From Candidatus Margulisiibacteriota bacterium (GTDB lineage Bacteria > Margulisbacteria > Termititenacia > CAZZFK01): a stretch of DNA of 60,928 nt. A program made the position numbers and the translations under genes. Shown here piece after piece: positions 38,601 to 48,046 of the stretch (the stretch's first letter is position 1; every line of letters starts with the position of its first letter). The DNA is taken from positions 107,983 to 168,910 of the forward strand of contig JBHPMC010000001.1 in NCBI GenBank assembly GCA_042562495.1, in the 5' to 3' direction. Under the pieces are notes generated by a model, which was given only the letters and a program-made list of their open reading frames with translations, did not search any database and was not told where the DNA came from.

Positions 38601-39231
38601 AAGAGTGGAGCGTCTGAAAAAGACCTTAAAACGGATGGAGCCGGTAAATTTATTAGCTATTGATGAATTCCGGGCGCAAAAAGAACGGCTGACCTTTATT
38701 GAAGGTCAGTGCAAAGATCTGGATGAGGCTAAAAAGAACTTGCATACTTTAATAAAAGAGCTAGATGGTCTAGCTATAAAGAATTTTGAAGAGACTTTTC
38801 AGACCGTAAAAAAATATTTTGAAGAGACTTTCAGCAAATTGTTCGAAGGCGGAGTAGCTGAGATACGTTTACTGGATGAACAAAATCTGCTGGAGACAGG
38901 CATTGAGATCTATGCTCAGCCTCCTGGCAAGAAAAGACAGAACCTGACCCTGTTATCCGGCGGAGAAAAAGCTTTAACAGCTATTGCTTTATTATTCGCG
39001 TTGCTCAAGACCAGGCCTAGCCCTTTTTGTATCATGGATGAAGTGGATGCTGCTTTAGACGAGGCCAATATCGGCAGATTCAACAAGATCTTGAGAGAAT
39101 TCTCAAAAGAATCACAAATAATGGTGATCACTCATAGCAAGCGAACCATGAGCATTGCCGGAAGTATGTATGGAGTAACCATGGAAAAGAATGGAATTTC
39201 TCGCTTGGTTTCGATGAAGTTAGTAAAATAA
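35689..39231 (+). CDS. smc: chromosome segregation protein SMC
   Basis: GPNGCGKSN, hinge GRATFIPL, LSGGEK, MDEVDAALD. Confidence 0.97.
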   Translation: MFLKKVEIQGFKTFADNTRLEFPGEKGITAIVGPNGCGKSNLLDAIRWVTGEQSIKLLRGTSHEEIIFAGSQEKKPLSLAEVTLTIDNSSGKLPIDYTEVMIKRRLYRSGESEYYINKENCRLKDIHNLLMDTGMGKGTYSLISQGQVAEVLHSKPEDRRTIFEEAAGINKYKNRKIAAQRKLLNTEQNLLRLQDIRSEIHQQMGPLEEQAKKAEEYKTLKTELGGLEIGLCKEQVDRLLQEKQKVLNTIDDLQAKLQEADQQVAEIDEKKRSFREKTAELEKQNLEKRSQIESLRREKEELSSNLKVNQERLDNQYQRLQQLAEEKEKVRLALEVLQGKKIEVEIEEKAGQEHYQKVEQELGQKNLEAEGIIQRWKLLAQEKEDIQMTLFDMESEVMSVRNQLIDLQSKERFTSEELRRNEVSIKKLQEEKMQLEENQKEVIERRQQLQQKLAELNDSKHTLEDEYARAEEELKKNENTYVSLKERLDTKTSRLELLKEMQKNYEGFFEGVRNFLGQRDPQEFSGIYDVIADIIKPQKGYDVALEVALGNRLQDIIVDNSNTAEKAIEFLKENNLGRATFIPLDKVIGFKVNVPNNAKSAVDLVEYDQKYSEVVNYLLGRILIVESRQEALRIQKDLKKNKEVIRIVTVNGEMLTPQGAITGGAIKHQTTLLGRQREIIELGNILETLRVQLEEIKQEKGQIEEKLKELQIKQEEVSANIQHQEIEDKTLLNDKTRMDIELQKKTDELLAVENSYLVQKEDFANLKKRQQEIEDELGRHTSHKENMTENMSAKELEIRTAEEDKERASQVLTELRVAAASVKAQYEQVKIKINTVLENIAIQEKQQQEKHAEEEALLQKKAETEQAIVAAKEKLPFFEEQENALVIAMEEQRLEKERIFNDLEVIERRSKEANELDKEWRSKVGQEEVQLARLDAELNAIEQRLSAEYELTLDDVVKTEANIDDFEKVKQRVERLKKTLKRMEPVNLLAIDEFRAQKERLTFIEGQCKDLDEAKKNLHTLIKELDGLAIKNFEETFQTVKKYFEETFSKLFEGGVAEIRLLDEQNLLETGIEIYAQPPGKKRQNLTLLSGGEKALTAIALLFALLKTRPSPFCIMDEVDAALDEANIGRFNKILREFSKESQIMVITHSKRTMSIAGSMYGVTMEKNGISRLVSMKLVK

Positions 39232-39262
39232 TAGCGTTGTTAAAATGAAGGGGAAAATATTG

Positions 39263-40108
39263 ATGAGCGCAAAAATTATCGATGGAAAAAAGATCGCGGC
39301 AGATATCAGAGAAAAAATCAAAAAAGAGATCTTGAGCCTAAAAGATCCGCCGGGGCTGGCCGTTATTCTGGTCGGCAAAGATCCTGCATCAAGTGCCTAT
39401 GTACGCATGAAGGAAAAAGATTGCCAGGAAGTAGGGATACAATCCTTTCATAAAGATCTTCCCGAAGATGTTCCGGAGAAAGAATTGCTTAAGCTGATCC
39501 GTCAATTAAATAAGAATGAACATGTTCATGGAATATTGGTCCAGCTGCCTTTGCCAAAACATATTAACGAAAAAAAAGTTATGGCTACCATACTTCCCGA
39601 AAAGGATGTGGATGGATTTCATGCGGTCAATGCTGGGAAGCTTCTGTCCGGTGATACAACAGGATTAACTCCCTGTACTCCTAAAGGCATAGTCGATCTG
39701 ATCAAATCAACTGGTGTTGAAATGGCGGGTAAAAGAGCAGTGATAATCGGTCGCAGTAATATCGTTGGCAAGCCGGTCACTATCCTGCTGATGAACGAAA
39801 ATTGCACGGTGACAGTTTGTCATTCAAAGACCAAGGATCTGCCGGCGGTGATTCGCGAGGGGGATATAGTGGTCGCGGCTATCGGGCGTGCGAAGATGAT
39901 CACAGCAGATATGGTCAAAGAGGGTGCCATAGTAATTGATGTAGGTATCAATCGAGTAGAGGGGAAGCTGGTCGGAGATGTTGATTATGATGAAGTTGTA
40001 AAAAAAGCGGCCTATATTACTCCGGTTCCCGGGGGTGTAGGGCCTATGACGAGAGCGTTGCTGCTTACCAACACATTAGAGGCCCAAAAGAAACAGGGCC
40101 AAGGATAA
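39263..40108 (+). CDS. folD: methylenetetrahydrofolate dehydrogenase/cyclohydrolase; start revised to ATG 39263
   Basis: KDVDGFH, PCTP, GRSNIVGKP, PVPGGVGPMT. Confidence 0.97.
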   Translation: MSAKIIDGKKIAADIREKIKKEILSLKDPPGLAVILVGKDPASSAYVRMKEKDCQEVGIQSFHKDLPEDVPEKELLKLIRQLNKNEHVHGILVQLPLPKHINEKKVMATILPEKDVDGFHAVNAGKLLSGDTTGLTPCTPKGIVDLIKSTGVEMAGKRAVIIGRSNIVGKPVTILLMNENCTVTVCHSKTKDLPAVIREGDIVVAAIGRAKMITADMVKEGAIVIDVGINRVEGKLVGDVDYDEVVKKAAYITPVPGGVGPMTRALLLTNTLEAQKKQGQG

Positions 40109-40113
40109 TTCCA

Positions 40114-41043
40114 ATGGTCAAATTTAGACGACCTCTATACCAGAAGATAATCTTACTTCTGGGATTTATCCTGGCTTTCCTTTTCACAACAACGTTATTA
40201 ACGGCCGTACATTTGGTCCGTTTATTATGGATCCGCTTGATCTTTCATCCTCTTTTGCTGCAAAGAAAGATCAGCCGTAAAGATCCCGGATCCTATCAGC
40301 TGCCTTACGAAAATATTATTTTAAATACTCAAGATGGCCTGAATCTTACCGGCTGGTTCATTCCTGCCGCCAAAAAATCCGGGAAGACCGTTATCTTGTG
40401 TCACGGAATAACCAATTCTAAGGCTTTTTTCCTGCCGGAGGCCGCTTATATTGTTCAGGCTGGGTACAATCTTTTGATCTTTGATCTGCGGGCACATGGA
40501 CGCAGTGAAGGTAATTTTGTAACTTTCGGGCTCAAAGAACAAATAGATCTGGAGGCAGCTATAGATTATTTAAAGAAGGAAAGGCCTGCTGCGGCAAGAA
40601 AGATAGGGATCCTGGCTCATTCCATGGGTGCGGCCACTACGATATTCGTTGCTGTGCGCAGGAAAGAGCTGAAAGCATTGGTCTTGATCAATTGCTACAA
40701 CAATATTGAGACGGACATGGCCTATTGGGTGACCACCTTGGGCAAGCTGCCGCACTGGCCTTTTGTGCAATTGGGGATAAAATCTTTTAAGAAAGAATTG
40801 AAAGTGGACCTGAAAGAGGTCAGCCCTCTGCAATCAGTATCGAAGATCAAGGCACCTATGTTCTTTATTTGTTCTGCCGAAGATGAAGTGACCGACCCTA
40901 AAGATACACACAGGCTTTACGAAAAAGCAAAGGGGCAGAAATATTATTGGTGTATTCCCAATGCCAAGCATGAAACGTATCATCAAGTAGCCGGAATGGA
41001 GTTCGAAAAGAAGATATTAGATTTTTATAAGAAAGCTTTGTAG
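40114..41043 (+). CDS. membrane-anchored alpha/beta hydrolase
   Basis: N-terminal TM, ILCHG, DLRAHGRSEG, AHSMGAA nucleophile elbow, D and H residues. Confidence 0.88.
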   Translation: MVKFRRPLYQKIILLLGFILAFLFTTTLLTAVHLVRLLWIRLIFHPLLLQRKISRKDPGSYQLPYENIILNTQDGLNLTGWFIPAAKKSGKTVILCHGITNSKAFFLPEAAYIVQAGYNLLIFDLRAHGRSEGNFVTFGLKEQIDLEAAIDYLKKERPAAARKIGILAHSMGAATTIFVAVRRKELKALVLINCYNNIETDMAYWVTTLGKLPHWPFVQLGIKSFKKELKVDLKEVSPLQSVSKIKAPMFFICSAEDEVTDPKDTHRLYEKAKGQKYYWCIPNAKHETYHQVAGMEFEKKILDFYKKAL

Positions 41044-41048
41044 CTGAG

Positions 41049-42404
41049 CTATGCTTTTAAGAGCTTGATCCGTTTAAGCTCGATGAACAATAGGATCCAG
41101 GTTAAGGACACGGTTAGAATATCTGTCAGAGGGAAAGCCAACCAGATTCCTAATATCCCAAAATATATAGGCAGTATCAGGATCAGCGGGACCAAGAGCA
41201 GTATTTGGCGTGACATTGTTAAAAGCATTGCCGGCAAAGCTTTGCCAAGGGCTTGGAAAAATCCGGCTCCGATTATCTGTAATCCTACGAAAGAAAAAGC
41301 TGCTACTATCAGGCGCAACGGTAAAGTGCCCTGTGCGATCAGTTCCGGATCACTACTGAAGACCTTTAGGATCACAGTGGGGAACAAGAGTATCAAGGCA
41401 GAAAAAACTACGCAATATAAAGATATAGCTGAAAGGGCCAGCTTCAATACTTGTTTTACACGCCCAAGGTTATGAGCTCCAAAATTATAGCCAACTATCG
41501 GCATAAAGCCCTGCAACAGACCGATCATCGGCATTTGGACGAACATAAGCGCACGCATGATCAGTCCGAAGATCGAGATAGAAAGATCATCTCCATAAAA
41601 ACGCAAAGAATTATTTACCACAATGATCATGATTATTATTCCCAGAGAGCGGAAGAGCGGAGCCATGCCTATAAAGAAGATCTCCTTGATGACCTTTGTT
41701 TTTATTTTAAAATGATGTAATTTGAATTCAAAAGAACTTTTTCCTGTAGCGAGATAAGATAAAAGGTAAGTAAATCCGAATAATTGCGAGAGCACAGTTG
41801 CGATCGCGGCACCTTTTATACCTAGCCCAAAGCCAAAAATAAATATGGGATCCAGAACAATGTTCATGCCAGCGCCGATGATCATGGCGGTCATGGCTGT
41901 TTTTGCGTTACCTTCGGCGCGAACCAGATTATTAGCACAAACTGTACTAGCGAAAAATGCGGATCCATACAGCACGATGGAAAGGTAATCTCGTGCGTAG
42001 GGCATTAATGTTTTTGTGGCTCCAAAAGCGATCAAGAGGGGATCAATGAAAAATTTTCCAAGTAAGGCTACGGCAATCCCGAAGAAAGCTGCTAATAATA
42101 AAGCATTCCCGGCAGTTATGTCGGCTTTTTCAAAATTCTTTCTACCTAATGCTCGAGAAACGATAGAGGCAGCCCCTTGGCCGATCATAAGCCCGATGGC
42201 CAGAACTGTTATTTGTATGGGGAAGGCGATAGCCAGGCCACCGATGGCCAAGTACCCGACACCATGTCCCAAAAAGATCGTATCAACGATATTGTAAAGT
42301 CCGTTGACGAACATGCCTAAAGCTGCCGGAGCTGATAATCTCAAGAGGAGCTTGCTTATCTTTTCTGTGCCTAAAGCTTTATGATTTTCTCCGCGTGAAT
42401 TCAT
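41049..42404 (-). CDS. MATE family efflux transporter (MepA-like)
   Basis: LYNIVDTIFLG, VRAEGNAK, NIVLDPIFIF, GAAIATVLSQ; about 12 TM. Confidence 0.94.
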   Translation of the reverse strand: MNSRGENHKALGTEKISKLLLRLSAPAALGMFVNGLYNIVDTIFLGHGVGYLAIGGLAIAFPIQITVLAIGLMIGQGAASIVSRALGRKNFEKADITAGNALLLAAFFGIAVALLGKFFIDPLLIAFGATKTLMPYARDYLSIVLYGSAFFASTVCANNLVRAEGNAKTAMTAMIIGAGMNIVLDPIFIFGFGLGIKGAAIATVLSQLFGFTYLLSYLATGKSSFEFKLHHFKIKTKVIKEIFFIGMAPLFRSLGIIIMIIVVNNSLRFYGDDLSISIFGLIMRALMFVQMPMIGLLQGFMPIVGYNFGAHNLGRVKQVLKLALSAISLYCVVFSALILLFPTVILKVFSSDPELIAQGTLPLRLIVAAFSFVGLQIIGAGFFQALGKALPAMLLTMSRQILLLVPLILILPIYFGILGIWLAFPLTDILTVSLTWILLFIELKRIKLLKA

Positions 42405-42410
42405 TTTTTG

Positions 42411-42439
42411 ATTGTAACTGAAGAAACACTTGTCGTGAA
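42411..42439 (-). promoter_or_regulatory. sigma70 promoter, leaderless-type, for the MATE gene
   Basis: TTCACG-17nt-TACAAT, ATG 6 nt downstream. Confidence 0.55.
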
Positions 42440-42468
42440 GGCCGAGATATACGGGGTATATATGTCGT

Positions 42469-44118
42469 CTAATATGGAAATCTTGCCGCTATAGGCATTC
42501 TGCGTCCAACACCGAAAGCTTTGGAAGTTACTTTCAATCCTGGCGCGGCTTGTTTTCGTTTATATTCATTGTGATCTACTGCTTTGATGATCCACTCAAC
42601 TGTCTTTTTATCAAATTTCTTTTTCTTGATGAGCTCATCCAGGGAATATCCTTCTTCAATATATAAATTCAATATTTCGTCTAAAACATTATAAGGAGGC
42701 AGAGTATCCTGGTCTTTTTGATCGGGGCGCAATTCAGCGGAAGGTACTTTATCGATAACTGCTTGAGGAATAATTTCTTTAGATTTATTTATATGTTTTG
42801 CTAATTCATAAACCATGGTTTTTGGCACGTCAGAAATTACGCTTAAGCCGCCGCTCATGTCACCATACAAAGTACAGTAGCCGACAGCTTGTTCGCTTTT
42901 ATTTCCCGTAGAAAGAGTTAAGTATCCGAATTTATTAGAAAAAGCCATTAAGATATTTCCGCGTATCCTAGCCTGTATATTTTCTTCAGCAATATCGGAA
43001 GGTTTGCCTTGAAAATGTTCTTTTAGTGAAGCCAGATATGTTTCATAGATAGGTGTGATAGGCAGGACCTTAAATTCTATGCCCAGATTTTTTGCTAATT
43101 GCCTGGAATCTTCAATGCTGCCTTTAGAAGAAAAAGGAGAGGGCATGGAAATTCCTAAGACATGTTTTTTGCCTAAAGCCTGAACGGCTAAAGAGCAAAC
43201 AAGTGCGGAATCGATCCCTCCGGATAATCCGATGACCGCCTTGAAGAACCCGCATTTTCTAAGATAGTCTTGGACCCCTAAAATAAGTGCGTCATGAAGT
43301 GTTTTCATTTTTTCTTCAGGAACATACTCTAATGTTTTCCCGGGTTTAGCCAGATCAATGGTCTCAAGATGTTCTTTAAAAGGATCTCCGATAAATATGG
43401 CAGCGCCTTTATCATTTAAACAAATACTGCGGCCGTCAAAGATCAGCTCATCATTACCGCCGACCTGGTTAACATAAATAAAAGGCAATTTGTATTTTTT
43501 TGCATGAGCGTGAATATATTTAAAACGTTTTTCCTCTTTACCCAAATTAAAAGGAGAGGCAGAAATGTTTATTAAAATTGTCGCTCCTTTTTTTGCCAGA
43601 ACAGAGATAGGATCATTGGCATATCTTTTCTTGGTTGTTGTTGAAGGCAGATTCCAGGCATCTTCGCAGATGGAAATGCCCAGTTTTTCGCCTTTAAAAG
43701 AAATTATCTTAGAAGTGTTTGCGGGATCAAAATGACGGGCCTCATCAAAGACATCATAAGTTGGCAATAAAGTCTTAGGCTGATTAAAGATCGTTTTCCC
43801 ATTTAATATCAATAAAGCAGAATTATGCAATCCAGTGCCGCTTTTATGATCAGAGGGCACAGGAGCCCCCAGCAATAAACCTGTCCCAGGAAAATTCAGG
43901 GAAGCTTTTTGTATCTTAGTAATTGCGTTTTGAACATTTTTTATTACCCAAGAGCGTTCAAGCATATCTTGGGGAGGATATCCCGTTAAAAATAACTCAG
44001 GGAAAACGATCAGATCCGTACCTAGCTCGGCAAAATCTGCAAAAGTGTCCAATACTTTTTGCAGATTCCCTTCAATATCCCCAACGGTCGGATTAAGCTG
44101 AGCAATTGTTATCTTCAT
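42469..44118 (-). CDS. nadE: glutamine-dependent NAD+ synthetase; start revised to ATG 44118
   Basis: Nitrilase domain (FPELFLTGYPP, ICEDAW) plus SGGIDS, ENIQARIRG, TGNKSE, PSAELRPDQKD. Confidence 0.96.
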   Translation of the reverse strand: MKITIAQLNPTVGDIEGNLQKVLDTFADFAELGTDLIVFPELFLTGYPPQDMLERSWVIKNVQNAITKIQKASLNFPGTGLLLGAPVPSDHKSGTGLHNSALLILNGKTIFNQPKTLLPTYDVFDEARHFDPANTSKIISFKGEKLGISICEDAWNLPSTTTKKRYANDPISVLAKKGATILINISASPFNLGKEEKRFKYIHAHAKKYKLPFIYVNQVGGNDELIFDGRSICLNDKGAAIFIGDPFKEHLETIDLAKPGKTLEYVPEEKMKTLHDALILGVQDYLRKCGFFKAVIGLSGGIDSALVCSLAVQALGKKHVLGISMPSPFSSKGSIEDSRQLAKNLGIEFKVLPITPIYETYLASLKEHFQGKPSDIAEENIQARIRGNILMAFSNKFGYLTLSTGNKSEQAVGYCTLYGDMSGGLSVISDVPKTMVYELAKHINKSKEIIPQAVIDKVPSAELRPDQKDQDTLPPYNVLDEILNLYIEEGYSLDELIKKKKFDKKTVEWIIKAVDHNEYKRKQAAPGLKVTSKAFGVGRRMPIAARFPY

Positions 44119-44164
44119 AGTTGCCAAATTATGACTTTTTTTTAGGAAAAATCAACAATTACTT

Positions 44165-44225
44165 GCCCGCCGAAGCTAATTTGTGCCAAAGGCTATGGTC
44201 AGGATAGCACTAAGCGAAGGCGGGT
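44165..44225. repeat. REP-like GC-rich palindromic element
   Basis: Arms CCCGCC-GAA-GCT (44166-44177) and AGC-GAA-GGCGGG (44213-44224) around an inner GCTAT/ATAGC hairpin. Confidence 0.55.
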
Positions 44226-44258
44226 GCCGGATTTTATTGAAAGTGCAAGCCAGTATCT

Positions 44259-45608
44259 TTAAAAGACGAAAGCAGTAGCCTCTTGAATGTTTTTTATGGT
44301 CAGACATTTGATCTTGCCGGATAACTCTGCAGGCTTGGTAGAGCTCAGGAATTTTTTAAATCCTAATTTTTCTGCTTCTGAGATCCTTTTTTCTATCTGG
44401 CCTACAGAACGTACTTCGCCGCTCAAGCCGATCTCGCCGGCAGAGATCAGATCAGCAGGGATCGCTTTATTCTTATAACTGGAGATTATAGCCAAGGCAA
44501 TTCCCAGGTCCGCAGCAGGCTCTTCAATATAAATACCACCAGTCACATTTAAAAAAATGTCTTGATCATGTAAATGTAGGCCTAATTTCTTTTCCAGAGT
44601 AGCAATTACGATCGCGGCTCGGTTGCTATCAACTCCTGTAAAGGTCCGGCGCGGGATCCCTACACCTGAAGAACTTACCAGGGCCTGTATCTCAACTAAT
44701 AAAGGCCTGCTGCCTTCCACCGTGGCGATCACTATGCTGCCTGGGGCATTAAGCGGGCGATCATTTAGAAAGATCTGAGATGGATTCTTAACCTGGGCCA
44801 GCCCGCGATACTGCATCTCAAATATGCCAATTTCATTAGTTGAACCGAAGCGGTTCTTGATACCGCGCAATATCCTGAATTGTTGGTGCCGCTCTCCTTC
44901 TAGATAAAGCACAGCATCGACCATGTGTTCTAATACTTTGGGTCCGGCGATCGCACCTTCTTTAGTTACGTGTCCGACAAAAATGATAGAACAGCCTATT
45001 TGTTTGGCTATGCGTGTAAGATAAGCTGCGCTCTCACGTACCTGGCTAACACTGCCGGGAGCAGAAGGGATATCTTCTCGGTAGATGGTCTGTATAGAGT
45101 CGATAACTATTAAAGTGGGCTTGCTTTCTTTTATTTGAGCTTCGATCGAAAAAAGATTTGTTTCATTGAGGAGCAGCAGATTTTCGGTGGCTAAAACATT
45201 CAAGCGATCGGCACGTAATTTTATTTGTTTTACTGATTCTTCCCCGGAAATATAAAGCAGCTTATGCTGTTGGCTGAGTTTAGCAGCGATCTGCAGGCTT
45301 AATGTGGATTTACCGATACCGGGATCTCCTCCCAGGAGGAGCACAGAGCCTTCAACTATGCCGCCGCCAAGTACCCTATCGAACTCCAGGATGCCGGTCT
45401 TAAACCGTAGGGAATCCTTCAAGGATACTTCAGCTAATATTTGCGGACGATTTACGGGGTTTTCTTTTAAGGCAGAGGGGGTTTTAGTGAAGATCTCTTC
45501 GACCAAAGTATTCCAGGCCCCGCAATCAGGGCACTTTCCCATCCACTGCGGAGAGATGCTCCCGCAAGATTGGCAAACGTATTTTACTGCTGATTTTATT
45601 TTTACCAT
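44259..45608 (-). CDS. radA: DNA repair protein RadA/Sms
   Basis: CQSCG...CPDCG zinc finger, GDPGIGKST, KNRFG, Lon-like C-terminus. Confidence 0.97.
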   Translation of the reverse strand: MVKIKSAVKYVCQSCGSISPQWMGKCPDCGAWNTLVEEIFTKTPSALKENPVNRPQILAEVSLKDSLRFKTGILEFDRVLGGGIVEGSVLLLGGDPGIGKSTLSLQIAAKLSQQHKLLYISGEESVKQIKLRADRLNVLATENLLLLNETNLFSIEAQIKESKPTLIVIDSIQTIYREDIPSAPGSVSQVRESAAYLTRIAKQIGCSIIFVGHVTKEGAIAGPKVLEHMVDAVLYLEGERHQQFRILRGIKNRFGSTNEIGIFEMQYRGLAQVKNPSQIFLNDRPLNAPGSIVIATVEGSRPLLVEIQALVSSSGVGIPRRTFTGVDSNRAAIVIATLEKKLGLHLHDQDIFLNVTGGIYIEEPAADLGIALAIISSYKNKAIPADLISAGEIGLSGEVRSVGQIEKRISEAEKLGFKKFLSSTKPAELSGKIKCLTIKNIQEATAFVF

Positions 45609-45663
45609 ATTTAAAATTTATATTTCTACAAAGATATACCAAAAAAGAAGCACTGCTTAGGGA

Positions 45664-47976
45664 TTAAGTCTTTGTGGCTTGCCCGGAAGTTTCCTTTGTT
45701 GATTTTTCTTTATGTTTAGTGCTTTTGGCCTTTTTCGGAGTAAAGACCACGGTGTCTCCTTTGACAGAAGCCTGGACATGCTCGCCCTCTTTTATATCAC
45801 CAGTCAGCAATTTATCTGCCAAGGAATCTTCAAGTAGACGTTGTAAAGTCTGGCGTAGCGGACGTGCGCCTTGGTTCTCAATATAGCCTTTATCAACAAG
45901 GAAGTCTTTTACCGAATCAGAAATGGAAAGGGTAAGATTCTTTTCAGAAAGCCGCTTATTTAGATCGCGAAGCATGATCACGCAAATATCTTTCATGTTA
46001 TCCTTGGTTAAAGCTTTGAAAATTATTGTATCATCGATCCTGTTCAGGAATTCCGGAGTGAACTCTCTTTTTAATTCATTTAAGACTTTTTCTTTCATCT
46101 TATCGTAGGCGACTATATCTTTATTGGCATCTGCCACGAAACCAAAGCCCGCTTCTTTTTCGATCAGCTTGGAGCCCACATTGGAGGTCATGATCACCAC
46201 TGTATTCTTAAAATTAACCTTGCGGCCAGTTGAATCGGTGAGGCGACCATCCTCTAATATTTGCAAAAGAAGATTTATAACTTCCGGGCTGGCTTTTTCG
46301 ATCTCATCGAACAGGACTATGCTATAGGGCTTGCGACGCACAGGTTCTGTAAGCTGACCGCCTTCATCATATCCTACATAACCAGGCGGAGAACCGACCA
46401 AGCGAGAGGTAGTATGTTTTTCAGTATATTCTGACATATCAATACGTACGATATTATTCTCATCTCCAAATAGAAATTCAGCCAGAGCTTTTGCTAATTC
46501 TGTTTTCCCAACGCCAGAAGGCCCTAAAAAGATAAAAGAACCGATCGGCCGCTTTGGATCACGCAGCCCGGCCTTAGCCCTTTTAATAGCACGGGCCAGG
46601 GCTTTGATGGCATCTTCTTGGCCGACGACGCGCTTTTGCAGGGTTTCTTCAATTTGGATCAACCGCTGGGTTTCTGATTGTGAAAGCTGAGTGATAGGGA
46701 CGCCAGTCCAAGAAGCTACAATTTCTGCTATATCTTCTTCGGTAACTTCTTTTTTCTTGCCTTGTAAAATCACTCGAGAGGCTGCTTCATCCATTAGATC
46801 TACAGCCTTATCCGGCAATTGACGATCAGAAATATAGCGATTAGATAAATTTGTAGCCGCTTCCAGAGCATTATCACTGATCTTTACATCGTGGTACTGT
46901 TCATAACGTTGACGTATGCCCATCAAGATCTTTACGGTTTCTTCAAGAGATGGAGGATCGACCATAACACTTTGAAAGCGGCGTTCTAAAGCAGCATCAC
47001 CTTCGATGTGTTTGCGATATTCATTTAAAGTAGTAGCTCCGATACATTGTAATTCTCCACGAGCCAGCGCAGGTTTGAACATGTTGGCCACATCCAAACT
47101 TCCTTCGGTAGAACCAGTCCCGATGATAGTATGTAATTCATCAATAAAGAGAACGACATCCTTATTCTTTTTGATCTCCTCCATTACCTTTTTCACACGT
47201 TCTTCGAATTCTCCTCTATATTTAGTACCAGCGACCAATAAGCCGAGATCCAGATTGACCAATCTCTTATTTTGAAGCTTTTTCGGTACATCTTTTTTTA
47301 TGATATGTTGGGCCAGGGCTTCCACGATTGCAGTTTTGCCCACGCCGGCCTCTCCGGTCAATACAGGATTATTTTTTGTACGCCGGCTGAGGATCTGGAT
47401 GATCCTTTCGAGCTCTTTACTCCGGCCGATGACCGGATCTAATTTGTCTTCGGATGCTAACCAGGTCAGATCACGGCCGAATTCGTTCAATAAAGGAGTA
47501 TTGGCCGAAGGGAAAGAATCTTTGGCGGAAGCCACTTTTTTACCTAAGGATCTTAATAAGATATCCCGGGCTTTTGAGGAGTTTACTTTCAAGTTGCTCA
47601 AGATCTTAGCTGCCACACCTTCTTGTTCGCGCAAAAGAGCCAAAAAAAGATGTTCAACATTCACATAGCTGTGGCCCAATTGACGGGCTTCATCCCAAGC
47701 CAAACTAAGTACATGTTTTACTTGAGATGTAAAAGGGATGTTTTCTAAACGGATCGATTTTTTGTTGTATTCAACAGTATCTTCAATCGCTTTGCGGATC
47801 TCTTCCGGAGAGATGCCCAATTCATCCATGACTGCAAAGACAACATTATCCTTGCGTACGGATAATATACCCAGCAAAATATGTTCCGTACCGACAAAAT
47901 CATTGCCCATACGCTTTGCTTCATCTTGAGCATACATAATTGCCTGTATAGCCTTTTCAGTAAACCTTGAGAACAT
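45664..47976 (-). CDS. clpC: ATP-dependent Clp protease ATPase ClpC-type, lacking the middle (UVR) domain
   Basis: Double Clp-N, GEAGVGKT and GPSGVGKT Walker A motifs, GFGF ClpP loop; next to radA. Confidence 0.92.
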   Translation of the reverse strand: MFSRFTEKAIQAIMYAQDEAKRMGNDFVGTEHILLGILSVRKDNVVFAVMDELGISPEEIRKAIEDTVEYNKKSIRLENIPFTSQVKHVLSLAWDEARQLGHSYVNVEHLFLALLREQEGVAAKILSNLKVNSSKARDILLRSLGKKVASAKDSFPSANTPLLNEFGRDLTWLASEDKLDPVIGRSKELERIIQILSRRTKNNPVLTGEAGVGKTAIVEALAQHIIKKDVPKKLQNKRLVNLDLGLLVAGTKYRGEFEERVKKVMEEIKKNKDVVLFIDELHTIIGTGSTEGSLDVANMFKPALARGELQCIGATTLNEYRKHIEGDAALERRFQSVMVDPPSLEETVKILMGIRQRYEQYHDVKISDNALEAATNLSNRYISDRQLPDKAVDLMDEAASRVILQGKKKEVTEEDIAEIVASWTGVPITQLSQSETQRLIQIEETLQKRVVGQEDAIKALARAIKRAKAGLRDPKRPIGSFIFLGPSGVGKTELAKALAEFLFGDENNIVRIDMSEYTEKHTTSRLVGSPPGYVGYDEGGQLTEPVRRKPYSIVLFDEIEKASPEVINLLLQILEDGRLTDSTGRKVNFKNTVVIMTSNVGSKLIEKEAGFGFVADANKDIVAYDKMKEKVLNELKREFTPEFLNRIDDTIIFKALTKDNMKDICVIMLRDLNKRLSEKNLTLSISDSVKDFLVDKGYIENQGARPLRQTLQRLLEDSLADKLLTGDIKEGEHVQASVKGDTVVFTPKKAKSTKHKEKSTKETSGQATKT

Positions 47977-48007
47977 GTAGCCCCCTTTATATTATTTTAG
48001 TAATGAT

Positions 48008-48036
48008 AGATTAGCTTAGTTTGAAAACCGAGTCAA
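48008..48036 (-). promoter_or_regulatory. sigma70 promoter of clpC
   Basis: TTGACT-17nt-TAATCT. Confidence 0.6.
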
Positions 48037-48046
48037 GGTTAATGGC

